Shown here in pieces: positions 11,510 to 24,034 of a stretch of 64,000 nucleotides of DNA. The translations under genes were made by a program, and so were the position numbers. The stretch spans positions 7,316,001 through 7,380,000 of the forward strand of contig NC_092349.1 of the NCBI RefSeq assembly GCF_963676685.1, written 5' to 3'. Positions within the stretch are counted from its first letter, which is position 1. Every line of letters starts with the position of its first letter. The notes beneath the pieces are model-generated. The model had not been told where the DNA came from. It ran no database searches and saw only the letters and a program-made list of their open reading frames with translations. Origin of the DNA: Mytilus edulis. Lineage: Eukaryota.

Positions 11510-12993
11510 ATGGAAAGAATCAACAATACCTTGAACAGAAGGAACATTCAAATGCAGAAATCCTCTCTCCTTCAACATTAACACTTGAAGACAATGCCAT
11601 TTTATGTCACCCATTTACCATGATGTTGGCCGGACCTACAGGATCGGGAAAAACGTTTTGGATGAAAAAGCTTTTGGAGAGGGCAAGGAGTATGATAAAA
11701 CCATCGCCAGAGAGGTTAAAATGGTGTTATAAACGATGACAGTCATTGTTTACTGAAATGCAACATACGCTCAAGAACATTATTTTCGTTCAAGGGATAC
11801 CAGATGATCTTAACAACGCTTGATTTATATGCACTAAATACCCTAGTCTTGTCGTAATAGATGATCTTATGAAAGACGCAAAAAATAGTAAAGATGTGTG
11901 CGAATAATTTGTCAAGGGAAGTCATCAATGTAACTTGAGTGTAACGTGCATTGTACAGAATGCTTTTTCAAAAGGAAAGAAAAATAGACCGATGAGCATT
12001 AATAGTCAGTACATAGTTCTCTTAAAAAATCCACGTGATCAAGTAACACCTGCTGTATTTGCTAGACAGATGTATCCAAACAATTCAAAAAGATTCATAA
12101 AAAAATATATGGAAGGAGTTAAAAGACCACACGGCTACCTGTTTGTTGATCTAAAGCAGAACACATTAGAAGAAGAGAGATTAGAAATTGATATATTTAA
12201 TGATCAATACCAAAAAGTAGAGAGTTCGGATGTCATGATTGGTGGCGGTATGGCGCAGTATAAAAACGATGAAGGTAAACATATCGACCAGTTTGAAGTA
12301 AGAAGAACAAGCGAGCAGTCGCGTTTAGGAGACTATTCAGAACTTTTTGAAACTAAAGAAGAAAAAATGCCTTCATGTGACGAATGTGGATTGATGTTCG
12401 AAAACGTATCTTGTTTAATGAGGCATATTAAGAGATGGGTCTAGAAAATAACGATTAGAAGCGTAAATTCAACGAGGAATATGAGGATATTCCTTCAAAG
12501 AAATTCAAAAAAGAAATACAGATTGAAGACGGGGAGGAAGATGTTTTTAAGAAATTAGCTATATATGCAAGAGACGAGACAGAAGACCTTTTTGAAAAGA
12601 AAGTTGACAAGTACTTGAAAAATGGTATGAGTGAAACTGAAGCAAAACATAGAGCTAACCGAAAACTTCGACAAGATTAACTTGATAAGTTTATGTGGAA
12701 ATATGCAAACTTGGTACATTATATTTTACAACTTAGTGTTGGTAGATTGCATTTAAAGGTAGTAAAGTTTATTGAAAAACTGGTACAAGAAGGAACTGAA
12801 TATAAGAAAGCAAAAAAATGGCGATAAGAAAATACAAAAATGAAATTGATAATTATCTTGATGAAGTCATTGAGGAGGAAGAAGAAGGAGAGGATGGGGA
12901 GCAAGAAAAGGGTGATGATGATGATGAAGATGAAGAGGAGGGAGATGAGGAGGGTGATGGTGATGAAGAGGAGGGAGATGAGGAGGGTGATGG

Positions 12994-13048
<55 letters not shown>

Positions 13049-13105
13049 GAAGAGGAGGAAGATGAGGACATTGATGATGACAAGGAAGAGGAGGAGGAGG
13101 ATTAG
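11510..13105 (+). pseudogene. A32/FtsK-like genome-packaging ATPase continuing into a C2H2-type finger, a helical domain and an Asp/Glu tail
   Basis: Walker A HPFTMMLAGPTGSGKT (about 11608-11656), Walker B LVVIDDLM, GSHQCNLSVTCIVQN, INSQYIVLLKNPRD, PHGYLFVDL. The same ORF continues to CDECGLMFENVSCLMRH; after a frameshift and a stop it runs to the poly-D/E tract ending 13105. Start is approximate. Confidence 0.88.
12870..13102 (+). repeat. (GAT/GAG)n trinucleotide expansion encoding the acidic tail
   Basis: Direct reading. It explains the spurious poly-M, poly-S and poly-H ORFs in the track. Confidence 0.9.
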
Positions 13106-13237
13106 AACTATTAATGTAAATCATTTTCGCTCTCTCGTTTTTATGTTCGCTTCAGGAGGAGGAGGAGGAGGAGGTGGGATTATGAATTGAAAACTAAAAT
13201 TATGTTTCATTTTATTTTTGACATTCAACCAGTGCAC

Positions 13238-13321
13238 ATGGCGTCATATTTTGTGAAATGGCTTTATTGGCCAGATATCTTTTCATCATGGGTTAACACC
13301 CGCGATTTACAAGACTTGTAA
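13238..13321 (+). pseudogene. C-terminal chromodomain remnant of the Polinton RVE integrase
   Basis: Translates as MASYFVKWLYWPDIFSSWVNTRDLQDL*, matching the Y.VKW.GW....NSW chromo motif that ends Polinton integrases. No DDE core was seen upstream. Confidence 0.75.
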
Positions 13322-13546
13322 ATACTGTATTACTAGTTTAATAAAATATGTTTTTCTTGAAAAGGTTTTGTTGTCTTTGTATTTGAAATATTTGATCGGT
13401 TAAACAATTTATATAATAAATTTTACCTTAAGCAATAAATTGTCAAAGTTATTCCATACATCAATTCCCCGTGTATGTCGTCGTTAATTACACATTTAAA
13501 TGTGGTGCAAATATTAGCAGGCATGCGCATTTAAATTGATTTTAAG

Positions 13547-13702
13547 GAATTCAAATAATTCAACAGAAGAATTCAAATAATCCAACAGAAGAATTCAAAT
13601 AATCCAACAGAAGAATTCAAATAATTCAACAGAAGAATTCAAATAATGTAGCAATAAGAATTCAAATAATTTAGCAATAAGAATTCATACAATTTAGCAA
13701 TA
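13547..13702. repeat. 22-23 bp minisatellite gaattcaaataat(t/c)caacagaa, about 7 copies, inside the Polinton
   Basis: Directly visible tandem array. Confidence 0.9.
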
Positions 13703-14660
13703 CGAAGTCAAGTATGTGTGAAATATTTTGTTTTCAAACTGGTAATTACAAAGGCAGCTGGTGTATTTTAACTAGACATAATTAAGTGTCTAAAGAGATA
13801 ATCATCTGTTCATTGGCTTTTATTCATAGGAACTACTCAATTTTAAATCATGATCTTTGATGTTAATCATGGCGTGACCCGCTAGTTATATGGTTGATTA
13901 AGGACATTTGTCTTTAGAAGCTACAGTTTCTACAGAAAATATCTACTTTAATTTCGCTATAAGTATATATACGAGGGATTTTAAATGATAACTAGAAAGA
14001 GGTTTTGTTTTTAATAATTTTTAGGATTAATTAAAAAAGATAATCTAAATTACATAACGGTAGTTTATTCGTTGAAATAAAATTCCAGTTTATTTTAAAC
14101 TTTAAAAAGTATCTAATTATTTATTGAATTAAATACGAAAATTAAAACCAGATGCACATAGTCAATTTAAAAGAAGTGTGATCAATTAAACGGCTTTGAT
14201 AAATATTCAACTTATATTCAAAGTTTGATTATATATACTACAATTTGTCTTGTAAGTGACAAAGCGTCAGGCCAGGTGACGACAATTAACAATAAAATCC
14301 GTGTTGAGAGCTGCAAGGACAGAGGTTTTCATAATCAAGTGTGAAACAAATCATTTAAATCTTTATCGTCAAGCTACAACGAAAAACAATAAATTAAACG
14401 ATACCTATTAATAATAATAATGATTGAAACCTAATTTAATTCAACAGAGCACTATATTTTTACATGTTTATATTATCTCTTAAGTATGACATTCTTCTAA
14501 TCATTTAAATATTAAATTAAAAGGTCGAGTGTACTAATTAGTCTAATTACTCACTATGCATATCATTTAAATATTAGATTGAAAGGTCGAGTGGTCTAAT
14601 TACTCATTATGCATATATTACACATAAATCCTATTAAAAAAAATCAGTATTACATCTAAA

Positions 14661-14845
14661 CTTATAATATGCTTTATTACGCAATAAGTCAATTATCAAT
14701 ATTATGCAATTAATGCAATAAGCATCATTACACAATTAGTAAATAAGCAATATGCATTATGACATGATAACAGTAATATACATTATTACGTCGTCTTTTA
14801 AAAAAACGCGGGAAAAAGTGATCTATACGTATGGAGTTGACTACT
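14661..14845 (-). repeat. Polinton right TIR
   Basis: ...cgcgggaaaaagtgatctatacgtatggagttgactact, inverted copy of 6612-6821. Confidence 0.92.
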
Positions 14846-16471
14846 AGCTCACTTGTCAAAAATATATATTGCATTGCTGATCATTTATCAGTTTCTACTC
14901 TTTTTTTTTTTTTTTTTTTTTTTTTTATTGTTGAAGAAAAATGTACGAAGACGACGACGCTCAGTGATGACAATAACCATGCTGATATGCGTTAAAAAAA
15001 AACAAAAAAAAACTGCGATACACTTATGCACGTATATATGGTATATTTTTTATAAAATGTATGAATCAAGGATATCTTATATAAATTTTCGATTTCTACT
15101 AGATCCGTAGGTGAGTGAACCAAAAAAGGATAGTACCATGCCGTACAATACTATTTGTATATAAAAGAAAGAAGATCTAATTTTCTCAACAATTTTCTTA
15201 ACATGTAATAATCCTTTCTGCACATCATCCGGTTGTGTTATACAACTGTGGAAATTTTCATCAAATATATGCCGACCCGTTTAGGCGGAAGTTACGCTTA
15301 CAAAGCACACCGGTAATTAAGCAGACGAACATACAGATTTATTCGTGTATGTACATATCAAAACTTTGTTTGCGGTGGAACAACTATTTTTCCCGTTGAT
15401 TGATACAAAAATAGAATACGAACTTTAAAACTGCAAGATTGATGGAAATAAGATTACATTTGGTTTCCTTTATTCATAAACATTTCTTATAAAGTTGATT
15501 TGATCTTTTGTGTGCGTTTTTGGGTAGAAATATGCATTTTATTTAAATAGCTATACTCCTTAAAAACTGTGCATTCAATATTTACATTATGGTATTTTCT
15601 AGATAAAGAGTAAATACATTTGTTTTTGAGAGAAACGAATTGCAATTGTCTCCCTTTATATCAAATACAAATTTTTTAATGAATTCTCCCTTTACCAATA
15701 ATTAATTCCATATTTGTGCATTTTATTCCAAAAATATTTATCAATTTATTACATACCCTATTTGAAGACTCACTATACAATATTTTGTTTGTTGATCTAT
15801 TTTAGAAAAGTTTTGTTTCCTGGTTAAGGATAATGGATACAGGTAAATGTCCAGGTTAAGTGTTATTCATGGACAAGTGTATGACAAGCGTAAGAGGGAA
15901 TAACAAGAATTCAAGAAGGAAAACGCAATGAAATTAGATCACTAATTACATTGCAATTGTAATCAGCTATAACAAATTGTTAAGATAAAGTAGTTAAGAA
16001 CAAACATTTCAGCCGTTTTTTTCCAGTTGCCTTCTTTGGTTTGCTTAGGGTAGGGGAAACCACTACTTCAAAAATAAGCCTGGCTCCAACTTAACAATTG
16101 CTGATATTTTAGTTAATAAAAACGTTCGGACCTGGTGACAAAAACGAAAAGCATTCCTACTGTCCGCTACGACTCACTTACGAATACTAAAGTTACGACC
16201 TAGCTGTAACAAAAAAGATTTTTTAAACATTATAATGGTATGTCTTTAACTAGATACCAATTCATCAGCTTTATATTTTCTTTATATCAGTAACGGTTAA
16301 TTTAGGTCACATATTTTTGGAATGGGGGAGGGGGGCACTGAACTGGCCAGGGAGGAGGTCTCAGGGGAGGTTATTATATAATAAGGCAGATGGAAATCGT
16401 ATGTTTATTATCGCTATTTAGGTTGCAATTTTTCTTGTCACAAAAATGCTTAGAAGCTACAAATTTTCACA

Positions 16472-16633
16472 GGTCCCAAGACTTTATGGATTGCTGGAAG
16501 ATCCCTTGTTCATTGGGCCAATGTAGAGGCAAACAAAATATGATAGAACCAACCTGAAACTGGAGTCCAAAGAAGTCACAACATACTGGATTGGTAAACC
16601 TGGTTTACAGTTTACAGATTTGCACTCCCTACT
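16472..16633 (+). pseudogene. SGNH/GDSL-like hydrolase fragment typical of Ngaro/DIRS-group tyrosine-recombinase retrotransposons
   Basis: GPKTLWIAGRSLVHWANVEA, then after a frameshift YDRTNLKLESKEVTTYWIGKPGLQFTDL. Resembles the VWI.G.S.V.WA...NL.L....V.W.G..G motif. Embedded in a GC-richer block at about 16330-17100. Confidence 0.55.
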
Positions 16634-17796
16634 TTACGCGAAAAGGGAATATTTACATTCTCTTTGTTAAGCACAACAAAATCAACTTTTCCACATTCAA
16701 TTCTTTAATATATAAAAAAAGAGATGAGAACCCACGTAAGATTATTTAGAAGCCGACTTGGGCTCTCGTGTGGTGGTCCAGGGTGACTGTTAGTGGTTGG
16801 GGATTATTTCACTCGGCTCTTTCTCTGAGTCTGACAAGTTATACAATTTACAGGTTTGGAAAATATGGTAAGTGGTAACCGGGGGATCTACGATGGGTAA
16901 CTCTGGGACCTCCCCACCTCATGTTATAGAGGGGAGGCCTACACCTGCCAACATGTTTGTCACTAATAACTTGAGCATTGATAATACGAGTGTTTTTCCC
17001 GGTCACTCCTCATGGTAGGTGGTGGTGTAACCGCGTTAAACTACCAGGGGTTTTATGACACTATGTTAACATAGGTCAGCTGATAGCCATTGTGTATAGA
17101 TAATTAGTCAACATGTTGCCTCAACAAAATATTATAGAATACTCTGTAGCCGAAAAAAAACATGTATATTCTTCTCATGAAAATGTAAATACATGTTGGC
17201 GTCATAAAATGTTAATTTAATTTGAATGATTTTTTTTTTGTATAAGTGGTAAAGGTTATCAATGAATAACAGAGGATGGAACCTCAACACAACTGAGTAT
17301 ATCATAACGACATCATGTAGTATTTCGATATTGGTATCTGCATGTGAATTACAATATTACAAATCAAAGAGAGACAAATCTATAACAATTTTAATCACTT
17401 TGTGATTGAAGAAAAGACTTAAACACAGTTTTAGAAAACAACAACAACTCTCGATCGTTGCTCTTCATCTCATTGTTATTAAATCAGTATTATTTAAGGA
17501 TCTTCTTCTATAAGTATTGCATTTAAACTGACTGAAGAGTACGCCTTTTCGAGTAATTTTTGTAACGTTAGGGCAAAAAAAATAATAAAAACTGTAGTCA
17601 ATAATGTTTAAAGGGCGTAATAATTCCTTATACTAATTTTCATAAATATTAGGTATTATATTTGTGAAATAACTGTCTAACATTCCAATATTGGTCTCAT
17701 TCTTCAGTCCTTAGCTTAATATATTTTACATGAACCTGATTTTTTAATCTAATATTTGAAAATGAAATTTATCTACGGTACGTTAGAAGTTGTATA

Positions 17797-18213
17797 TACT
17801 AGAAATTTATTAAACCAAGAGTTCCAAATGGTGAAGTTGAAATCATTTCTTCATTGATTTTACGGACGCCATCACGACTTGATTGACCGTTATGGAATAT
17901 CCGTTTCACAGATGATATTAGATATGTTCCTAATGTCTACAATCCCGTAACCTTTTCACGAATGTGACCTACCGAATTAGATTATTTTCCGCGTTTGTAA
18001 TAACATGAGAAACACGACGGGTGTCACATGTGGAGCAGGATCACCTACCCCTCCCAGAGCACCTGAGATTCCTCACAGTTTTTGGTGGAGTCTGTGTTGC
18101 TAAGTGTTTAGTTTTCTATGTTGTGTTGTGTGTATATTCATTTTGTCTTTTTCTTTTTAATCCATGGTGTTTCGATCTATGAGTCTGAATGTCCCTCTGG
18201 TATCTTTCGCCCC
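17797..18213 (+). mobile_element. Penelope-like retroelement 3' fragment (family A)
   Basis: ttattaaaccaagagttccaaatggtgaag... is near-identical to 21288-21620. Confidence 0.75.
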
Positions 18214-20399
18214 GCATGTATACAGTATGTAGGAAATAATTTGAATTGCAATAATAATATTCATGTTAGGTTTCTAAAAACAAACAAACGTTCATATAAC
18301 ATACTAAACACTCTTACTGTTAATATACTCTACATTATTTAATACATCACTTCTTTTTTTAATAAACAAAAATAATATTTAAACACTTTGTTATCCTTTT
18401 ATCAATCAAATAGTTCGTGTCCTTTGAAACTGTATTTGCATTGCTTAGATAATGTTAAATATATTGCAGTGGACTTTGAACCATTAAGGCTGATTCATAA
18501 GTTTGGCAAACTCTTTTTTGAATTCTTTTACTTGATATCTATACCCCTCCTACAGTTTGATGTATCATATCAAAATGACCTCTTAACTAAAACAAGAACG
18601 ATAATTTTAACATCCGGGTTTGTTTTTTTAAAATGTTTCAAATATATGGCATTAAACTATATATCTGTTTATCACAAGTTATTTTTAGTAAGTACTTTTT
18701 GAATTATTATCATTTAAATGCAATATATAAAATCATACTTGTTTACATTTGAATACATAGATAAGGCAAGGGGTTTCGACGGTTTTACTTACAATATCAA
18801 GGAGACAGTAACATTATTTTTGTAATATTGAAATTTGTTAAAAGTTTGCAAATCTAGTTGTCACTTGCTACAACATTTCTGTTTGCCATTTCGATAATGA
18901 TCATTCCTCATCATGCAATGTTCAATCATCATGCAATACTTTTGCAGACTGTTTATCCTATTCACCTGAACAAATTTAAACTCTCTTACTGGTAAAATAT
19001 TTTGATGTTACTGTGAAATTAAAAATCAACAAAATACACAATTTAACATGCTTCCGTCCTTTTAATGTTTACATGAAAAAGTACTGTTGTGTGTTTGAAG
19101 TTATTTATTGATCATCTTTATGTAAGAGTGTTACCTTTTCATAACTTACTTTTTACAAACCATATCATATTGTTTAAAACAATTAAAGAATTGGTTGTAA
19201 TATTTAACATGTTAAAATCGACATTGCTGAGGGTGTGCACTGTTTCACCTTCAATATTAGCAGACAATGAAAAACATAATACATAAGTTGAAAGAAAAAG
19301 AGCAAACAAAGAATGATTGACATATGTTTTGTTAAGGTTTTGTTTTTGTATGGACTTTTAGCGAATTGATTTCATTGTGTTCTACACAGATCCAACATTA
19401 TAAATAACATATGGAAAGTTGATATGTTTGAAACCAAAAAGATAAAACACATTCAATTGCAACGTGCTCCTTTTCTCGCGCTTTGGTGATTTTTATTCAT
19501 TAAATGTCGAATGAAATATATTTATTGTTTTAATCTTTCTCTTCGAGAGAAATCAGCTAATTCATCATATTTCTTAAAAATGTAATAAAAAAATTGCCAT
19601 ATAACATGATAATACATTGATATGTACTACATAAACCCACACAGGAAATGCAAGTGTTTGTGTCTGCCCATTTATATATTATATCAACAAATGAATTATA
19701 TAAACTGTCTCTCACTGTGAAGCTATCAATAATTAGTTATTTATACTCAGTCATCCACACATTTTGTGTCATTATGTTTTAAGAGACTATTCCGGTTAAA
19801 TGTTGTGTGTGTATCAAGTTAATCATATAAGTAGGCCTATAATGATGTGAATATGGCGTCGTTATAGTTAATCTTTGGCCGTCACGTGGTACAATTGAGA
19901 TTAAAAGATCGGAAAACCAAATATGTAATTAGTTCAAAAGCATTAAAAACGAAAATGTACTTATATAACCGTTTATGTGTTGTTTAAGTTGATAATGCAC
20001 ATTTCGTAACATCGATCGTCAATTGAAGTATATTAAATCACGCAAAATTATGGGATCTCGAACAGTTTTCTCGACAAAACCTCACCGTGAAAACTGAAAC
20101 CATACCAACAATAAAATGTTTTTTACTGTGCGAGAAGCTTAATCAATGTATCCTTTTAAATCATGTCACCACATTTAAACCCTCGTACTGGTAAATTATG
20201 TTTCTGTTACTGCGACCAAAAATTCACGATTTAACTAATTTCTGTCCTTTTGAAATATATCGATGAGAAAGTACTGGACAACCTGTTTGTGTGCTATTTA
20301 TTGATTTTTTTTTATGTGTGTTTTACTTTTCATCACATACTATACACAATATTATATTGATTAATATTTAAATCGATGTTGACTTGCAAAGGGTCTTAA

Positions 20400-20916
20400 G
20401 GTAGATAGGGTGTCTTCCTCCATCTTGGATTTTGAAATACCAGAAAACAATGTCTATATCTTTGATAAAATGTGCAAATTTTGAGATAAGTAGGTAATTC
20501 ATGTGTAAGATTTTTCATTATAATATAGAAAATGCAATGTTTTATCATATTTATGATTGTATTTTTCCATTAACCGAATACTTTTGTTTGATTCATTTTT
20601 TTCCAACTTTGCCAAATAAGGGGAGATAACTCAAATGCAAGGGCAGATAATTCAGATTGTGTTATTTTTACAATAGAATGTGGTAGGAATTTACCCATTT
20701 TATTATGTAGCAAGAAAACGAGTTCGGTGACCTCCATTTTTCTTTTTATTATCTGAAAGAATAATATTGCAGCCATCTTCTCATATTTTATCTTAAACTT
20801 CTATGGTGTAGTTTTCGTTTTAATGAGGAAAATTGGGTTTTCCATGCATATTCTATACTAAATCTGACAATTTTACACAACCTGTAGTGTGAAAATAAGC
20901 CCTGTGACCTATTCTC
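20400..20916. mobile_element. TTAA-flanked MITE (Kolobok/Crypton-like)
   Basis: TTAA at 20396-20399 and 20917-20920; imperfect termini ggtagatagg / cctattctc. It truncates the second copy of the upstream module. Confidence 0.5.
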
Positions 20917-20941
20917 TTAATTAATGTTTTGAAACAAGCAG

Positions 20942-21627
20942 GTTATAAACTAGATGATGTTCTTTTACTAAATAATTCAAAATTTGGTGACTACGTGGAT
21001 ATATCCCATCGAACTAGAAATAAAGGATACTACATATACATGTACAGTAAAGTCGGCCTCAAATCTTGACTTACATCTAGAAATTGACAATAAGGGTCGG
21101 TCGAAAACAAAACTTTACGACAAAACAGATGATTTCAGCTTTCCAATTGTGAACTTTCCATTTCTAAGAAGCAACATTCCAGCAGCACCTGCATACGGGG
21201 TATATATCTCCCAATTGATACGATATTCCCGTGTTCGCATTTTTTATCATGATTTTCTTGAGAGAGGGTTGCTGCTCACAAGGAAGCTATTAAACCAAGA
21301 GTTCCAAATGGTGAAGTTAAAATCATCCTTTCGTAAATTTTACGGACGAAGTCACGAGTTGGTTGACCGTTACGGAATAACCGTTTCACAGATGATATCG
21401 GATATGTTCCTTACGTCGTAACTACATTCCCATTCCCTTTCATGAATGTGACCTACCGTATTAGACTATTTACCGGAATTGTTATCACATAAGCAACACG
21501 ACGGGTGCCACATGTGGAGCAGGATCTGCTTACCCTTCCGAAGCACTTGAGATCCCTCCTAGTTTTTGATGGGGTTCGTGTTGTTTATTCTTAAGTTTTA
21601 TATGTTGTGTCAAGTATACTATTGTTT
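20942..21627 (+). mobile_element. Penelope-like retroelement, RT C-terminal/thumb fragment plus 3' region (family A)
   Basis: ORF 20984-21421: IYPIELEIKDTT..ASNLDLHLEID..TKLYDKTDDFSFPIVNFPFL.SNIP..PAYGVYISQLIRY; degenerate 'IDDV' RT motif just upstream. Confidence 0.85.
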
Positions 21628-21845
21628 AAAATAAAATTTAGAATGGAAATGGGGAATGTATCAAAGAGACAACAACCCGACCATAGAAAAAAACAACAGC
21701 AGAAGGTCACCAATAGGTCTTCAATGTAACGAGAAATCCCCGCACCCGGAGGCGTCCTTTAGCTGGCCCCTAAACAAATATATACTAGTTCAGTGATAAT
21801 GAACGCCATACTAATTTCCAAATTGTACACAAGAAACTAAAATTG
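21628..21845 (-). mobile_element. 3'-end fragment of Penelope-like family B
   Basis: Near-identical to 31866-32080; another short copy at 52441-52515. Confidence 0.7.
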
Positions 21846-23641
21846 ATGCAGGCAGAGGAGACATTATTGTTACCTAGTGGTTTGCACTTGCTTGCAGACA
21901 CAATTTATCTAACTGAACACCACATGATAATTTCTGATAATATAATTTTGAATCATCATTAAGTATGTTTACAGACAATTTATCCTATTCATTTGACCAC
22001 TTTAAAACCTCGTACTGTGCTACATGTATTATGTTATTGCGAACGGATATAAAAAAAAAACAATCAACAAAATACAAAATACATAATTTAAGCAGTTTCC
22101 GTCCTTTTAAATGTTTCGATGAGGAAGAACTGGACAAACCTGTAATCACTTTTGTTTAAGTGTGTTTATTTTTTCATCACTGAGTTTAATACACAACATC
22201 ATATTGATGAATATTTAGATCGACTGTTTTTCCTTCAATTATAAGTAGACAATAAAATCATTAATCGGTGATTATCAGCAATACTAAAGTCTCAATAAAA
22301 TGAGCAAATAATGAATGATCCACATAGGTCAAATGTTGTAGTATGGTTGTGTTTTTGTATCGACTATCAGGGATTTGATGTCATTGCGTTCTATATAGAT
22401 CCTAGATGTGGACATTTTATATATTTGCAACCAAGAAGACAATTGAAATGTGTTCCTATCCTCGTGTGGGTTATTTTTATCTATTTTAATGTTAAATGTA
22501 ATAAATGAACTTTACATATTATTTATCTTGGAGAGAAATCAGCTTATTTATCATAATTCCGAACATGTAATTAAATAGAATTGATCTTTCTCGTAAAAGA
22601 GGGGCGAAAGATACCAGACAGACATTCAAACTCATAGATCGAAAAAAAACTGACAACGCCATGGCCTAAAAAAGAAAACGACAAACAGTCAAATAATAGT
22701 ACAGAAGACACACAATAGAAAACTAAAGACTAAGCAACACGAACCCCACCAACAAAGCGGAATTTATTGATCATTTTTATTTATTGATATGATACCTCAA
22801 TGATATGTTTTACATAAACTAACAAGAAACGTTGTGCGTGTATCAAGTTAACCACATTAGTACTATATGTTTTTCTTTTGATACATTCTTATTTTTGTAT
22901 TGACCTTTTATGGTAAACATAAGAAGATATGGTATGATTTTCAATGCGACAACTTTTCACAAGAGACCAAATGACACAACATTTCACACTTATATTCAAC
23001 GTATGTTCTTGTATATGTCATCATTTCATAAATAAAGCAAATGCTTACTTTCATAAGCATAATCGTCTGCCTTTTCCTCTAGTTTATAATGAATATTTTG
23101 TAACAGTGATTTGTCATTTAAAGTAAATTTAAACAAGTAGTAATAAAATGCATCAAAAACAATTCATGAATTTTCTCTCACCTTGAACTCTCAAACCACA
23201 TCAACAATAAAAAGTAATGCCAAAATGTCATTGCCTCTAGATCGTTAATGCGTCAGGAGCTATATCAACAGAAACGACATAAACAGAATAATCAAATACA
23301 ATTTTGTATTAAAGGAAAGTGAACCTTAGTTTCTTAATAATTTTCTTTATTCATAGTAAAAAAAACACCTAGTTAAAATGAAGTGATACATTTCAACATT
23401 TAAGGTATTGGTTAGTATTAATAATTTTCCCAATGTAAAAACAAAAGGCTATTTTTAAGATAAAATACTGCCTAATTACATAACTTCGTGTCCAGATTTC
23501 TGAAATATGTCATGAAAAAACTATTCTAGATCTGTAACGAATTTTTGATTTAAGACACAGCGTGTCATAAGAAAGAATTTTATTTCTAACGATATTCCTT
23601 CTTAGGAAAGCCAACTTTACATTTATTGGTCCTTGTTTCAG

Positions 23642-24034
23642 GTATTCTGGCCGTGAACATTTTCATCAACCAAAACATCACTGGACTTGTTGGCAAAAAT
23701 GACACACATTTAACATGCTCTTTTATCAACGATTATAAAACAAATTTTATCAATGCAGCCATCATTGCAAGGAACAAAAATGGGACTTTCTGCAAAAATG
23801 AACCGATTGCAGTATTTCAACCTGACAAAGAAGCAATGCTTCCTCTATCAGGTGATTATCTCTCAGGAAGAGTGACACTGACAAATATAACAAAAGTATC
23901 GACTACGGCGACTTTGAGATTCGATGACCTGCAATGTGAAGATGAAAAGGACTACATGTGCATTGCTTACTACATGGACAAATTTGGTGTTATAATCACA
24001 GTTGAATCAGAATCTACCAGGGTATTGGTTAAAG
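23642..24034 (+). CDS. Exon: Ig V-set domain
   Basis: tttcag| acceptor and |gtaagt donor; HLTCSF...YLSGRVTL...ATLRFDDLQCEDEKDYMC (D-x-x-x-Y-x-C). Confidence 0.9.

Larger units (their letters stand above)
6612..14845. mobile_element. Polinton/Maverick (adintovirus-like) endogenous element, internally deleted and non-autonomous
   Basis: Termini AGTAGTCAAC.. / ..GTTGACTACT; about 190-210 bp TIRs; 6-bp TSD agctta (6606-6611) / agctca (14846-14851). Contains remnants of pPolB, the packaging ATPase and the integrase chromodomain. Confidence 0.95.
18860..22870. repeat. Three diverged copies of a non-coding module (about 18860-19830, 20140-20390 partial, 21884-22870)
   Basis: Shared anchors tatcct.ttc..tttaaa.cctcgtactg, ttccgtcctttt, gtactggacaacc, gagagaaatcagct and gttgtg.gtgtatcaagttaa. 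Confidence 0.6.

Noticed and set aside
12840-13190. Poly-Met, poly-Ser and poly-His ORFs
   Set aside because: Alternative frames of the (GAT/GAG)n tract; only the Asp/Glu frame continues the upstream Polinton protein.
13547-13702. CRISPR-like regular repeats
   Set aside because: Head-to-tail minisatellite with no unique spacers, no cas genes, and a eukaryotic context.
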